Below are positions 12,307 through 24,399 of a stretch of DNA of 42,893 nucleotides, piece by piece. The position numbers and the translations under genes are program-made. This stretch comes from Fonticula-like sp. SCN 57-25 (Eukaryota), in the NCBI GenBank assembly GCA_001724245.1, contig MEDX01000024.1, positions 1-42,893 of the forward strand, read 5' to 3'. How positions within the stretch are numbered: the first letter of the stretch is position 1; every line of letters begins with the position of its first letter. The notes beneath the pieces were generated by a model that was not told the DNA's origin, ran no database searches, and was given only the letters and a program-made list of their open reading frames with translations.

Positions 12307-13460
12307 TCATTCGGTTGACTCTTCCACGTCGCTGTTCGCCGCGCTACCTTCGCCGCTCAGCCAACTATTTCGACGTTCAACGTGGCCCCCATCGTTGTCG
12401 TCCTCGCCCTCACCAAAGTGGATAAGATCGTCACGCTCAAAGTGCATATCGTCACCCTCAACGTGCATAGTATCCTCGTCGTCGCTCGCCCTCGTCTCCT
12501 CCACGCGGCTCGCCCCGCCGTCGGCGTCGTGCGCGAAAAAGACGGCGTTGTCTTTCGTGAACGCGCCGGCAATGTACTCGGCGGGCGCGATGACGGCGCC
12601 GTCCATGTAGAGCTGCGACATCTGCCCGTCCTGGCGAAGGTGCACGCCGTCCTACAATTAAAAGTCAGCAACCACGTAATCACTTTCACGCCACGTACGC
12701 TGCCAAAGACCCACGGACCGCGGTACACCATGTAGACGAAGCCCTTGTTGCGTAGCCGCCTGAGGCCCATCGGGTCGAGCCGCGCCTTCACTGCGAATCG
12801 GCGAGGATCGTCAGCTGGAAAGCGTCAAGTTGACAAAAACGCACCTATGTCTCCCTTTGCCTCGAGGTGCAGTTCTTCCGCGAGGCGCGTGGCTTCGGTA
12901 AGCGCCATGCGGATGGCAACGATCATGTCGTTCTGCCACGGCGCGATGCCGCGCTCAAAGTTGGCAGGGGGGAACATCGAAAAGCCAAAGTAGTGCACGT
13001 AGGCGAGCTTGAGAGCGCTACCGCGCATGGACGACGGGTGCGCGCGCTCAGTCCAGTAGTTGCCGCTCGTCGGCGGCCACGCCATCCGCTGGGCAGGCAA
13101 TGGTCAGGGGGAGGGGATGCTGTATCAAGTGGCGTACCACCGTGATCGGCTCGTGGTCATACTGAAGAAAGTCAAAAACGCGAGTGGCTTTCATGAGCGA
13201 CGCCGCTTCCGCGTTTGTCATATTGATATTAAAGCACGCGAGGATCTCGGGCGGGCAGTAGTCTTCGGCGAGCCGCGTCAGGAGAAGATGCCTCGCTAGT
13301 ATGGGTCAGCAAACAATCGTGAAAATCAAGGTAACGAACCACTGCTGCGGACGGCAGCGGCCCATGTAGAGCAGACCTGCTGCGCGCGGTAGATGGAGCG
13401 CGTGTCCAGGAACTGAAACACGCGCTGAAGCACCTCCGCTGGCAGCGCATCGAACGACAT
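12307..13460 (-). CDS. F-box protein with uncharacterised C-terminal domain
   Basis: N-terminal F-box SFDALPAEVLQRVFQFLDTRSIYRAQQVCSTW. Four introns join several small ORF-track pieces into one open frame. Confidence 0.75.
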
Positions 13461-13759
13461 GGCGACGCGGTGGTATGCGCAGGATCGCAAACAATCCTTG
13501 GCCACGTGGATGATATGTTCTGTCTCGGTGGTCACACACGCGTCATCCCGCAGATCGGGTGCAATAAACTTTGGACAGTTGTGAATTGAGGCATAAACTG
13601 CATGGTCTAAGAGCTGTATTCGCTACTTTAACGTGCAGTGTATATAAATAGAGACAAAGAACAACAAATATCGATCGACCAGCGTCGATCTGGCAATATA
13701 TCGAATGATAAAACAATGAAGAGGATCGACTCTCTCGATCTCGCCCATGCCTTGGCTTC

Positions 13760-16700
13760 CTAAGCGCTCGCAGCGGGACGCTCGGCCGAAGTGCGGAAGA
13801 GCGTGGCAACGGGCCCCGGCATGTTGCTCTTTGCCCACACCTGCCTATCCGACGACAGCGCCTTGATCGTCTCGCGGAGCTGCGGCGTCTGCACCTGGTA
13901 CGACACCCAAAACTCAAAGTCGACCTTGTCCGTGCTGTTGTCAAACGTGAGCGTGAACGTGCTGACGTCCTCCCGCGTGCGCATGACGATCGCGCGCTGG
14001 TCGGGCTCGAGGAGCACGCGGCCCGACAGGCCCGGCGCCGTGATCTTTTCGTCGATGGACCACGCCACGAGGCCGCCGTCAAACTTGACCATCCAGACCG
14101 GCGACATGGGCGCGGTGACCGTCACAGTGACCTCGAGGGCGCCGCTGCCGGCGATGGTGCGCGAAGAAGTGACAAAGGTGGGGAGGTCAATGTCGGGCTT
14201 GGGCGGGTCGTCGGCGAGGCAGAAGCCGTCGGGGCGGAAGGAGTACTTCCAGACGGGGACGGTGCAGGGGACCCAGTTCTGAGGCGGGGAAAACTGCGAG
14301 GTGGGGATGGCGCTCGCGTGGGGGACGCCAAAGGTGATGCGCGACGAGTGCGTGTTGAGATCGTAGACGTGCAGAATGTCAACGCGCTCGGGCTGGGCGG
14401 GCGTTAGAGGAGGAGAACACGGGGAAGACAAACAGGGAAATAGGCGAATGGAGCATAAAATGATGAAAAACAAGGAACACAGTCAACAAAACATTGAAAA
14501 AGGCATCGAATATCAACCAAAGAATCGTCGTAAAGCGACACACGTATACACAACGACACATTTTTCTACACTTTAATCTCGCGTACCTTGGTATCCGAGT
14601 ACGGCTTGAGGGTCGTGAGGCCGCCGACGAGCGCCGCGCACACAACAGCGACCGCAAAGGCAATCTTGCTCTTGTGCTGCGCGCGGCCGACGAGCGGCGC
14701 GAGCGGCATCATGATGAAAAGCGCCATGAAGCCGACGATGACGCCCATGAAGGCGCCCTCGTGGGCGGTGTGGCCCATGCGGCCGGTCTGCGGGATCAAA
14801 GCAAGAATCATGCGCATCACAATCTAAACAATAGAGCGTCAGAAACAGATTGATACGCCGGGCGGGCAAGCAGATGGGTAGAGATTCGGATAGATATGCA
14901 AACAGACAGGCATTTGCACAGGTCAAGATACAAATATCATGTAAAATGGCGTACGTCGGCGTTGATGAGAAGAGGCATGAGGAGCCACACGAGGTACACG
15001 CCAATGGCGACGATGTGGCGCGCACCCGCGCTCGCATTGTCAAAGCTAGCCACACTTGTCAGCATATTTAACCACAGACACTTTCAAGGGCGCACTGCGT
15101 CAGGAGGAAGAGGCTGATCGACATGGCCACAATGAACGTGCCAGTCCACATGGTGGGCACGTAGGCAGTGCCCCACTCAATGGCCGAGAGCACGACGAGG
15201 ATCGTGAGGTGAACGCCGTTGGCGGCGAACGCGAGGATGATCTCATTCGTGAACAGGTTGGTCGGCGGAAGGCGAATCTAGAGGAGAAAAAGCATGGCAA
15301 AAATCACAACAGCGTTAGAAAAGAGCACGGTACTGCACCGCTACGTACGCGGTCGAGGAGCGAGCCGACGATGCCGGCGCCGATGGCAAAACCGAGCATG
15401 GCAAAGGCGCCAAAGTAGGCACCGGCGTAGGCGGGCGCCGAGTAAAAGGCGTTGGGCAGGACGCGCTCAGCGATAAAGCCCGCAAGAATGGTCAGCACGA
15501 ACGACAGGAGCGTCGTCAGAAGAAGGCCGAAATAGGCCGTCGGCATGGACTTGAACAGCAGAATGTTCACCTAGCGATGTATAGTCAGTAAAAACTATTA
15601 AAAAAAAGACCAAACAAGAGACAAAATCATCTTTTGGCGTACGTGGCGGCGCTCGACGTGGCGCGAAAAGGCGGAGACAAACGCGGCAAAAACGAGCACG
15701 CCGCCCGCGACGAGCGCGCCGGCGATGACGCGCGACGTCTCGAACGAGTACATGACGAGCCCCCAGCTGAGGATGTCGTAGAAAGTGGGGCGCGCCTCGG
15801 TGCCGACGCCCTCGCTGCGCTCAAACTCGGGCTGCTCGGCGAGGTTGTTGATGATGGCGCGAATGTTGCTGCCGTGCAAGGTGAGCGTGCCGTTCACGTA
15901 GTCGCTCACGGTGTCAAGCGGCGTGTGGTACGAGTAGCCGCCGTTGTAAAAGTCGAGGTCAAAGCCGGGGACGTTGTTGGACGACATGGCCTCAAAGTTG
16001 GTCGACGAGGGGAGCACGTGGAAAATGTCGCCAACCATCGCGGACGCATGGGGGGACTTCACGCCGCGGTACGCCTCGCCGAGCCACGGGTTACCGGGGC
16101 CGAGCTGCGTGAGCATGGGCACGCGCCAGCCGCCGGCAGAGTCGAGGTTGAGGTGCACGCGAACATGCTTGAACCAGGGATGGAACCTATGGGAAAGGAT
16201 GAGTAAAACGGGTTGAAATGGCGAAAAATAACCGAAAAGTAACCGAAACACGGCCACAATCAACAATAACACAACCAATTACAACGCAACCACGATATAA
16301 TCTATGCACATGTTCAGAAAACGTACTTGGAGAAAGCATATGCGCCGAGAAGACCAGTCTCTTCGGCGTCGTCAAGTAGGGCGATCACGGTGTACGGCAG
16401 CTGCTCGCTCATGAGCAGGTCACGCACAATCTCGAGGATGGTGACAACCGCCGCGCCGTTGTCGGACGCGCCGGGCGAGTACGCCACGGTGTCGTAGTGG
16501 CCAGAGATGATGAGCGCCCTGTCGGACTTGCCGGGGATCCGCGCGACCACGTTGGTCACGCCGTTGTACCACATGGCCGACGAGTCATTGTCCTGCAGGA
16601 CGGTGCCATTCAGCGAGCGAACGTCAATATCAGCCTGGCGCGTCCTGCCGCTGGCGAGGACTTCGGCGTTGATCTCCTCCAGCTTACCCTTGACCCACGC

Positions 16701-17075
16701 GGCGGTCTCGAGGCCGCTCTCCGTCATGGCGAGGCGGCCGGTGATCCCGTACAGGCGGCGGCCCTCGACCGGCGCGCCGTCGCGCTTCTCAGCAATGTCA
16801 ATAAGCTCAGCAAGGTTGGCAAGAGCGCGCTCCTCGCTGAACGAGCCAAACGAGGCGGGGGTGCCGGGAACGCTGCGCTCGATCTTGACCGCAACCGTCG
16901 CCGCGAGGATGATGACCGCGACAAACAGCGAGTACGCGCAAAACGCCGTCACAAAGCGCGGGCGCCGGGAACGGTGTGCGTCGCCGGTCTCCGAGGCGAA
17001 CGCATCCTTCTTGCCGTCGGCCGCGCCGTCCGCGCCGCTGCCCGCAGGCTCCTGCTGACCTCCACGGTTCCGCAT
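13760..17075 (-). CDS. Membrane M28 metallopeptidase (ERMP1/Pff1-like)
   Basis: SGHYDTV, GASDNGAAV, DAEETGLLGA, NLDSAG and YHTPLD zinc-ligand motifs, followed by a multi-TM region. Six introns. Confidence 0.88.
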
Positions 17076-17222
17076 CGGGTCAATTGATCGAATGCTGCCG
17101 ATTAGAAATCAAATCAGGAGAATAAGAGGAATTAGAACAAATCAGAAATCAGCAGAATAAGATTAAATAAGCGAAATAAGGTGAATCAGGACTTGCGTGC
17201 CTGACCGCAGCCGTAGCGCGTC

Positions 17223-18555
17223 ATGGTAATGTGGGGGCGCCATGCGTCGCGGGCAGGGCTGTCGGCGTCGGCCACCGCGTCGGCGAACGTGCTCTCCGCC
17301 TCATTTTATCATAACCGGTTACTTGAGCCATATGCGGCGCGGGCGTCGAGGAAGCTCGCGCTCAAGACGCTGCTGCAGTTTGGCGAGGGAATGACGGAGC
17401 GCAAGCTGCTGCAGTCGGCAAACTATGTGCGCCTCGAGCTGCCGACGCGCGTGGCACACCGCATCCGCAATATGCAAAAGCTCCCATTTGTCGTGGGCAC
17501 CAACATCCACATCATGAGCGTGTATGAGAAGCTGTGGGGGACGTTCGAGCGCCTGTCCAAGGTCAAGGAGGTGACGTCGGCCGAGGAGAACAGCGCCTTT
17601 TGCGATCTGCTTCGTGAGATCACGGTGGACCAGGAGAACGCAACGCTGGAGCTCGCGCTGGGCATGGGGAAGAGCCACGTTTATATGGGCGAGGAGGATG
17701 TCAACCTCTTTATGAACACAATGATCCGCTCGCATATCTCGCGCCGCTTCCTCGCCCTGCAGCACATCAAGCTGTCCGAGGCGCCCGCCGGCTCAGTGCG
17801 CCCAAAACAAAGCATATTTTATTGTTTTCTAACATACTTTTCTTATATTTTTTTTTCAATGATAGCTTGGCGGGTTAATTGGCGTAATATCGCCGTCGAT
17901 CAAGGCAGCCGACATTGCATCCTCCTGCGCATCGCGGGCGCGCGAGCTGAGCCGCCGGACGTACGGCCTCGCGCCTCCGATTGCCATTGAAGGCGACCTT
18001 GGTGCCGAGATGACGGGCGTCCCCGAGCACCTGCAGCACGTCATCTACGAGCTGCTCAAGAACTCTGTGCGCGCCACCGTTGAGGCCAATGCCGCCGAGC
18101 ACCTTCGCAGCCGCGCCAAGCTAAGCTCGACCACGTGCACAATGGAGGACATTGTGCGCTACTCGGACGGCGCAATGGTCGCGCTCGGCGACAAGCTGCC
18201 GCCCATCAGCGTGTGCATCGCAAAGAGCGACGACGAGATTGTCTTTCGCGTGTCGGACCGCGGCGGCGGCATGGACCACGCAAAGATCCCGAGCGTCTGG
18301 AAGTACTTTTTCACGCTGAACAGCGGGCTGCGGGAATCGAATCCAGAGCTTAGCGAGCCGCTCAGCATGCCGATTGGGCCGCTCGAGGCGAACGACGAGC
18401 CAATGGCCGCGCTTGGGTGCGGCATGCCCATCGCGAGGATGTACGCAGAGTACTTTGGCGGGACGCTCCAGCTGCACACGCTACACGGGTACGGCTGCGA
18501 CGCCTATTTTTACTCCAAGCGTCACGCCGAGGACCAGATGGAGAGCTTAATATGA
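17223..18555 (+). CDS. Mitochondrial alpha-ketoacid dehydrogenase kinase (PDK/BCKDK family)
   Basis: ELPTRVAHRI..LPF, ELLKNSVRA, RVSDRGGG, GCGMPIARMYAEYFGG. One intron at ~17796-17865. Confidence 0.9.
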
Positions 18556-18739
18556 GGGACATAATTTGAGGTTTATTTGTACCCGGCGCAGAGGGGCCGA
18601 TGGAGCCCCAAGACGCACATTTGATTATATTGATTATGTATTTTCTGCAAAACGTGTATCCGTTTCTCGCTGTTAAATGTAAAGAATGATATAGATTTAT
18701 TAATTCTCTAGTCTGTCACTGTGCAAAGGATGGTCCCGC

Positions 18740-20495
18740 TCACTTGGCGACGGCGCCGGCCTCGTGGAGGTACGTGCCGAGCACCTTGATGCCCTCGATG
18801 TAGTTACGGCGGTCGAGCTTCTCGTTGGTCGAGTGAGCGTTGTCATCCGAAGCGCCCATCGGCAGCAGGATGACCTACACAAAGCGCCGTCAGCAAAATA
18901 CACACAAAAACAAAAAGGGCGTACGCTGGTCTTAAGCTCCTCCTGGAGGGTCAGCGTAACGGGGATGCTGCCACCCTCACGGGTGTAGTCGGGCTCGGCG
19001 TTGAACACGCGCTTGATGGCACGCGACGCGGCAACTAAGTGGCCGCAAAGTAAGCATAAATCAAGATCGCCACCACACTCGATCACATACCATAGTTCCA
19101 GTTGTTGATGTCGGCGACCCACCACTTGCCATAGTGAAGGCAGTAGGCGTTGATCTTGTTCTTTGACTTGAGCTCGCCAAAGACCTTGTTGCAGTGCGCC
19201 ACAACGTGCTTGGTGACCTCCTCGGGCTCCATGTTGGGCACGGTGCGGATCGAGAACTTGCCAATGACCTTGGCGGGGATGACCGTCTTGGCGCCGGCGC
19301 CCGAGAAGGCGCCCTGCACGCCGTGCAGGCTCAGCGAGGGGAAGCGCCAGCGGCCCTGAAGCGTCGACGCAGTGTCCTCAAAGATGTTGTTCGTGCCGCT
19401 GAACGACGACTGGAAGTCGGCCATCGTAAAGTCAATGCCGTCGTACAGCTTGCGCTCATCATCTACAGCAAGAAAAATGGGCGTCAGCGCACAGCAACGC
19501 TAATCAGGCGCGTACCGGTGACGGGGGCGACCGCGTCGCACACGCCGGGGATGAGAATCTTGCCGCGAGGGTCGACGAGCGACGCCATGACGTGAATCAG
19601 GTCGGTCATGGGCTCGTGAACGGTACCGCCGTACACGCCAGAGTGAAGGTCGCGGGCGGCGCCCTCGACCTCAATGCAGTAGTACGAGACACCGCGGAGG
19701 CCGTAGGTAAGGCACGGGCGCTGGCGGCCGAGCCAGTCTATAATCGGGCATAAGCAAGGCAAGCGCAGGAAAGGGGCGCGTACAGTTGTCGCTGATGCAG
19801 ACGCAGTCGACATCCTTGAAGAACTTGTCCTTCTCGGCGCGGATAAAGTCGTCGAGGCCATCGCTGCCGCTCTCTGCAACAAAGAAATGTCAGTAAAAGC
19901 ATACAATAACTCAATAAAACGCACCCTCCATGCCCTCAAAGAGGAGGACGAGGTTAACCGGGAGCTCGAGGCCGAGCTTCTTGTGGGCGTCGAGCACCCA
20001 GATCCAGCCGAGGATGGGGCCCTTGTCATCGGTGGAGCCGCGGCCGAGCATGCGGCCCTCGGCGTCCTCCTGAAGAACAAAAGGCTCGCTGCTCCAGCCG
20101 TCCTCCTTGGCGGCCGGCTGCACGTCATAGTGGCCGTAGACGCACACGGTCGTCTTCTTGGGGTCGTTGCCGTAGCGGCCGAGCACGAGCGGGGGGAGCT
20201 CAAGGTCCTTCTCGCCGTGCTGGGGGCCAAGCTTGCGGAGCTCGGAGCTATATCAATGCGCGTCAGTCGACGTAAAACCAAGAGATGACGAGCGTAGGCG
20301 GAAAATTACGTACGTGGCACCGACGCGGTGGAGCTCGGAGACGAGCCACTCGGCCATGCGCACGCACTCGCCGCGGCGGTCCGGCTCAGAGCTCACGCTC
20401 GGGATGGCGACGGCGTCAGCGAGGAGCTTGACATACTCGTTCTGGTGCTCGTCAATGAACTTGAAGAACTGGGAAAGCGCTTCGGCGTTGGCCAT
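18740..20495 (-). CDS. CNDP2: Cytosolic non-specific dipeptidase (M20A, CNDP2/Dug1)
   Basis: [55 protein letters not shown]. Six introns. Confidence 0.93.
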
Positions 20496-20560
20496 GATGC
20501 TGGTGATCGCTAGCAGGGCTCGATGGGAACTTTGTGGAGTGACACCGAGGGAAACAATTC

Positions 20561-20607
20561 CCTAAATAGGCAATCACACCCTAAATAGGAAAACTGACCA
20601 TAAATGG
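20561..20607. promoter_or_regulatory. Three tandem CArG boxes (MADS/SRF/Mcm1-type)
   Basis: CCTAAATAGG (20561), CCTAAATAGG (20580) and CCATAAATGG (20598), each a perfect CC(A/T)6GG. Confidence 0.6.
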
Positions 20608-20709
20608 CGATTTCGAGAATGGCACTAATCTTTTTTTTTTCGCGCCAGCGGTACAATACTGCGGCAGCATTGTGAGTGAGGGCACAGGTTCTTTCGTCGT
20701 CGGTTGGTG

Positions 20710-23579
20710 ATGGAGGACGCCACTCGTGGACGAGGTGCGGCGCCCGGCCGTGGCCGCGGTGTTGCTGGTGCTGGACGTGGTGCCCCCGGTGCGGGCCGTG
20801 GACGCGGTGCCCCCGCTGATGTTGCTGCGGCCCCCGTGACGGAGACGTCGGGCCGTGGTCGCCCTGTTGGTGCGCATCTCTTAATTTGCTCTTTCCCCTT
20901 TTCCTTACGTTCTTGCGACAGCTGCCGTGGCTGCCGATGTTGCCGCGCTCCACATCTCGACCCCCACTGCCGCCCGCCCGCCGTCGGCGCGCCCCGTGGC
21001 TGAGGTTTGCACCATCTCGCCATTTTTTTCTGCTCGCTAAACACTGATTTCTCCTTTTCCCTCTTTTTTCCCGCCCATTTAGCACGCCGCGCCCGGTGGT
21101 ACCGCGCGCGACGAGAGCGGCCAGGTCACCCGTGGCGAGGTCCGCATGCGCTTCCGCGAGATGATCCCCAAGCGCCCCGATGCCAACCCGGATCTCGAGG
21201 CTCGCGTGGCCCCCCGCTCGATCGACCTGCTGTCCAACTACTTTACCCTGAACAACAGCACCCCGACGATCTACCAGTACGCGGTCTCCTTTGACCCGCC
21301 GGTGGAGTCGCGCGCCATGCGCTTCACCATGCTTGAGTCCCACAAGGGTGTCTTTGGTGCGCATTGTTCATCTTTTCTCTCGTTTTGCTTATGTTTCCCC
21401 TTTCTTTTCAGGCGAGCCCTTTGCCTTTGACGGCATGCAGCTGTTCCTTAACAAGCGCCTGCCCGACCAGATCACCTACTTTAAGACTGTGCGCAGCACC
21501 GATAACCAGGCCTTCGACATCACCGTGCAGCTCGCGCGCGAGGTCGAGGCCAAGTCGTGCTTCCAGCTGTACAACATCATCTTCCGCAAGGTGTTGCGCC
21601 TTCTCAAGCTGAAGCAGATCGGCCGCCACTACTTTAACCCCGCTCTCCCGGCGCAGATCCCCCAGCACAACATGGAGCTGTGGCCCGGCTACATCACGGC
21701 CATCGCCGAGTACGACGCCGGTGTCCTGCTCAACATTGATGTCGCCCACAAGGTGCTCCGCACGGACAACGTGCTCGACCACATTGCCCGCCTTCGCCAG
21801 AACATCCGCAACCCGAAGGACCTCCAGGAGGCCGCGCAGGACTACCTCACCGGCCAGGTTGTGCTCACGCGCTACAACAACCGCACCTACCACATTGACG
21901 GTATCGCGTGGGACCTGACCCCCAAGTCGTCCTTCAAGCTCGCCAACGGCGAGACCATCACGTACTCTGAGTACTACAAGAAGACGTACAGCCGCGAGAT
22001 CCGCGACCTCAACCAGCCGCTGCTCGTCAACAAGGCCAAGAAGATGGTCCGCCGCGGCGACAAGGGCTCCACCGTCGAGGAGACCATCTACCTCGTGCCC
22101 GAGCTCTGCTGCATGACTGGATTGTGCGCTGGAACCTGGATTGTTGCCGATAAACTGACCCTTTTTGCCCGCAGCACCGACGAGATGCGCAAGAACTTTA
22201 GCGTGATGAAGGACATTAGCCAGCACACGATCATTCCGCCGAGCACCCGCAAGGCCTCGCTCGAGCGCTTCATCAAGCAGATCTACGACAACGAGGAGAT
22301 CTCGACCGAGCTCAAGGGCTGGAAGATGGAGTTTGGCCGCCAGCTGCTGCAGCTCAAGGGCCGCGTCCTCGGCGCCGAAAAGATCATCTTCAAGAACCGC
22401 ACCGTCCCCTCGCAGAACGCCGAGTGGACGCGCGAGCTTCGCAACATTGAGCTCGTTCAGGGCATCCCGCTCCAGAACTGGGTGATCATCTACTCGGCCC
22501 GCGCCGCGCCCGCCGCCAAGAACTTTATTGCCAACCTCGCTCGCGCCGGCAGCGCCATCGGCCTCAAGTCGGGCGCCCCCGTCGACGTGCCGCTCCAGCG
22601 CGACGGCGCCGGCGACTACACTCAGGCCATCCGCGACCGCTACGTGCCCGGCCAGACGCAGCTCGTCGTGTGCATCCTGCCCGACGACCGCAAGGACCGC
22701 TACGACGCCATCAAGAAGTACTGCGTCGCCGACACTGGCATCGTTTCGCAGTGCATGCTCGCGCGCACGCTCAACAACGAAAAGATCATGCTCGCGGCGC
22801 TCACCAAGGTGGCGCTCCAGATGAACGTCAAGCTCGGCGGCCAGCTCTGGTCCGTCGAGGTGCCGCTCAAGAACTGCATGGTCATCGGTATCGACGTGTA
22901 CCACGACTCGCTCCAGAAGGGCACGTCGGTGGCCGGCTTCTGCGCCAGCATGAACAGCACGTTCACCAAGTACTACACGCGCGTTGTGTTCCAGCGCGGC
23001 TCGCAGGAGCTCATGGACGGCCTCGCGCGCTGCATGTCCGACTCGCTCAAGAAGTACTTTGAGGTCAACGGCCAGCTGCCCGAGCGCATCATCATCTTCC
23101 GTGACGGTGTCGGCGACGGCCAGATGGGCTTTGTCGTGCAGCACGAGGTCGCCCAGATCAAGCAGGTGTTTGCCGGCTTTGGCGGCGAGTACAACCCCAA
23201 GTTCTCGGTCGTCGTGGTCAAGAAGCGCATCAACTCGCGCATGATGGTCGCCGGCGACAGCAGCAACCCGCCGCCCGGCACCATCGTGTACAACGGCATC
23301 ACCGGCAAGGACACGTACGACTACTTCCTCGTCGCCCAGGCCGTCCGCCAGGGTACCGTGACCCCGACCCACTACTTTGTGGTGCACGACACGAGCGGCC
23401 TCCAGGCGATGCACCTGATCGCCCTCACCTTCAAGCTCACCCACCTGTACTACAACTGGCCCGGTACTGTCCGCGTGCCCGCCCCGTGCCAGTACGCCCA
23501 CAAGATCGCCTTCCTCATCGGCACGTCGGTCCACAAGGAGCCTCACCAGCAGCTCACCGACAAGCTCTTCTACCTGTAA
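20710..23579 (+). CDS. PIWI: PIWI-clade Argonaute (N-PAZ-MID-PIWI), slicer tetrad intact
   Basis: VLTRYNNRTY, LVPELCCMTG, KDRYDAIKK, GIDVYHD, IFRDGVGDGQ, YNWPGTVRVPAPCQYAHK and C-terminal LFYL. RG-rich first exon. Four introns. Confidence 0.95.
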
Positions 23580-24399
23580 GAAGCGGCGGCGACCGCGTCG
23601 GGTTTGTTTGTTATTTGACCAATATCAACCTTTGTTGTATGCGGCAATGCCGCGCAGGCAATGAAACAGTCCTTTAAAGTTTTTCTGGGCCACTTTTGTG
23701 TTTTTGTCTTTGTCATCCGTGCGGCATCCTTACCCCGCAGGACGTTCACGTCCTGTTCACGACCGGGCTCGGGCGGTTACGAACAATCCACCAATCGGAG
23801 ACAACCCGATTCATATTTTTGTCACGTGACCCGACCACCGGAAGTCATTTCGGGGGTACCTCGGTAATGTGCCGGCGGAATAGGGACGGTTGTGTCGCGT
23901 CCGCACGTCGGGGAAGGTCAGGATCGCTCCCCGAGTGACGGGTGTCGGGCCCGCAACCTTTCGGCTGCTCAACGTTTCTGCGATGCCGATAGAATAGGGC
24001 CCAGCCGGCGGATTATTGTGGGTGGTCCGGGCCTTATGTTGGCCGGCGAAGGATCCAAAATACAGGAATAGCAACAAATGATCGTATCGAATTAAATCAG
24101 CCAATAGCGTCTTTAATCGAACCTCAACTTGCCCAAATTAGGCTGATGTTCCGAAGGAGGTGAGCAAGATTTCCATATTTAGAGTTGCATCAGGAAGACA
24201 AAGTGGCATCAATCCGCCGCGACGCAGTCCCCATAATTGGTGAGCCTGTGTGTCTCTGCAGCGCCCTGCGGGTTCTTTCGGCCCCCCCCCTCTGTCTGCC
24301 CTTTTCTCCCACTGCCAGTCTGTCCGCTCCCCGCGCGCCGGCTTAGCCACAACGTCTACTCTTCTTTTGATCCCAGCGGTTCAGGGGCGTAGGGCGACG

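Noticed and set aside
21408-23546. 712-aa antisense ORF over PIWI
   Set aside because: It mirrors the sense frame. Strong C/G-ending codon bias removes TTA/CTA/TCA and so removes antisense stops. No domain-like content.
23905-23940. GGGAAGGTC resembling the RNase P RNA CR-I motif
   Set aside because: No matching CR-V partner to form helix P4 was found downstream.
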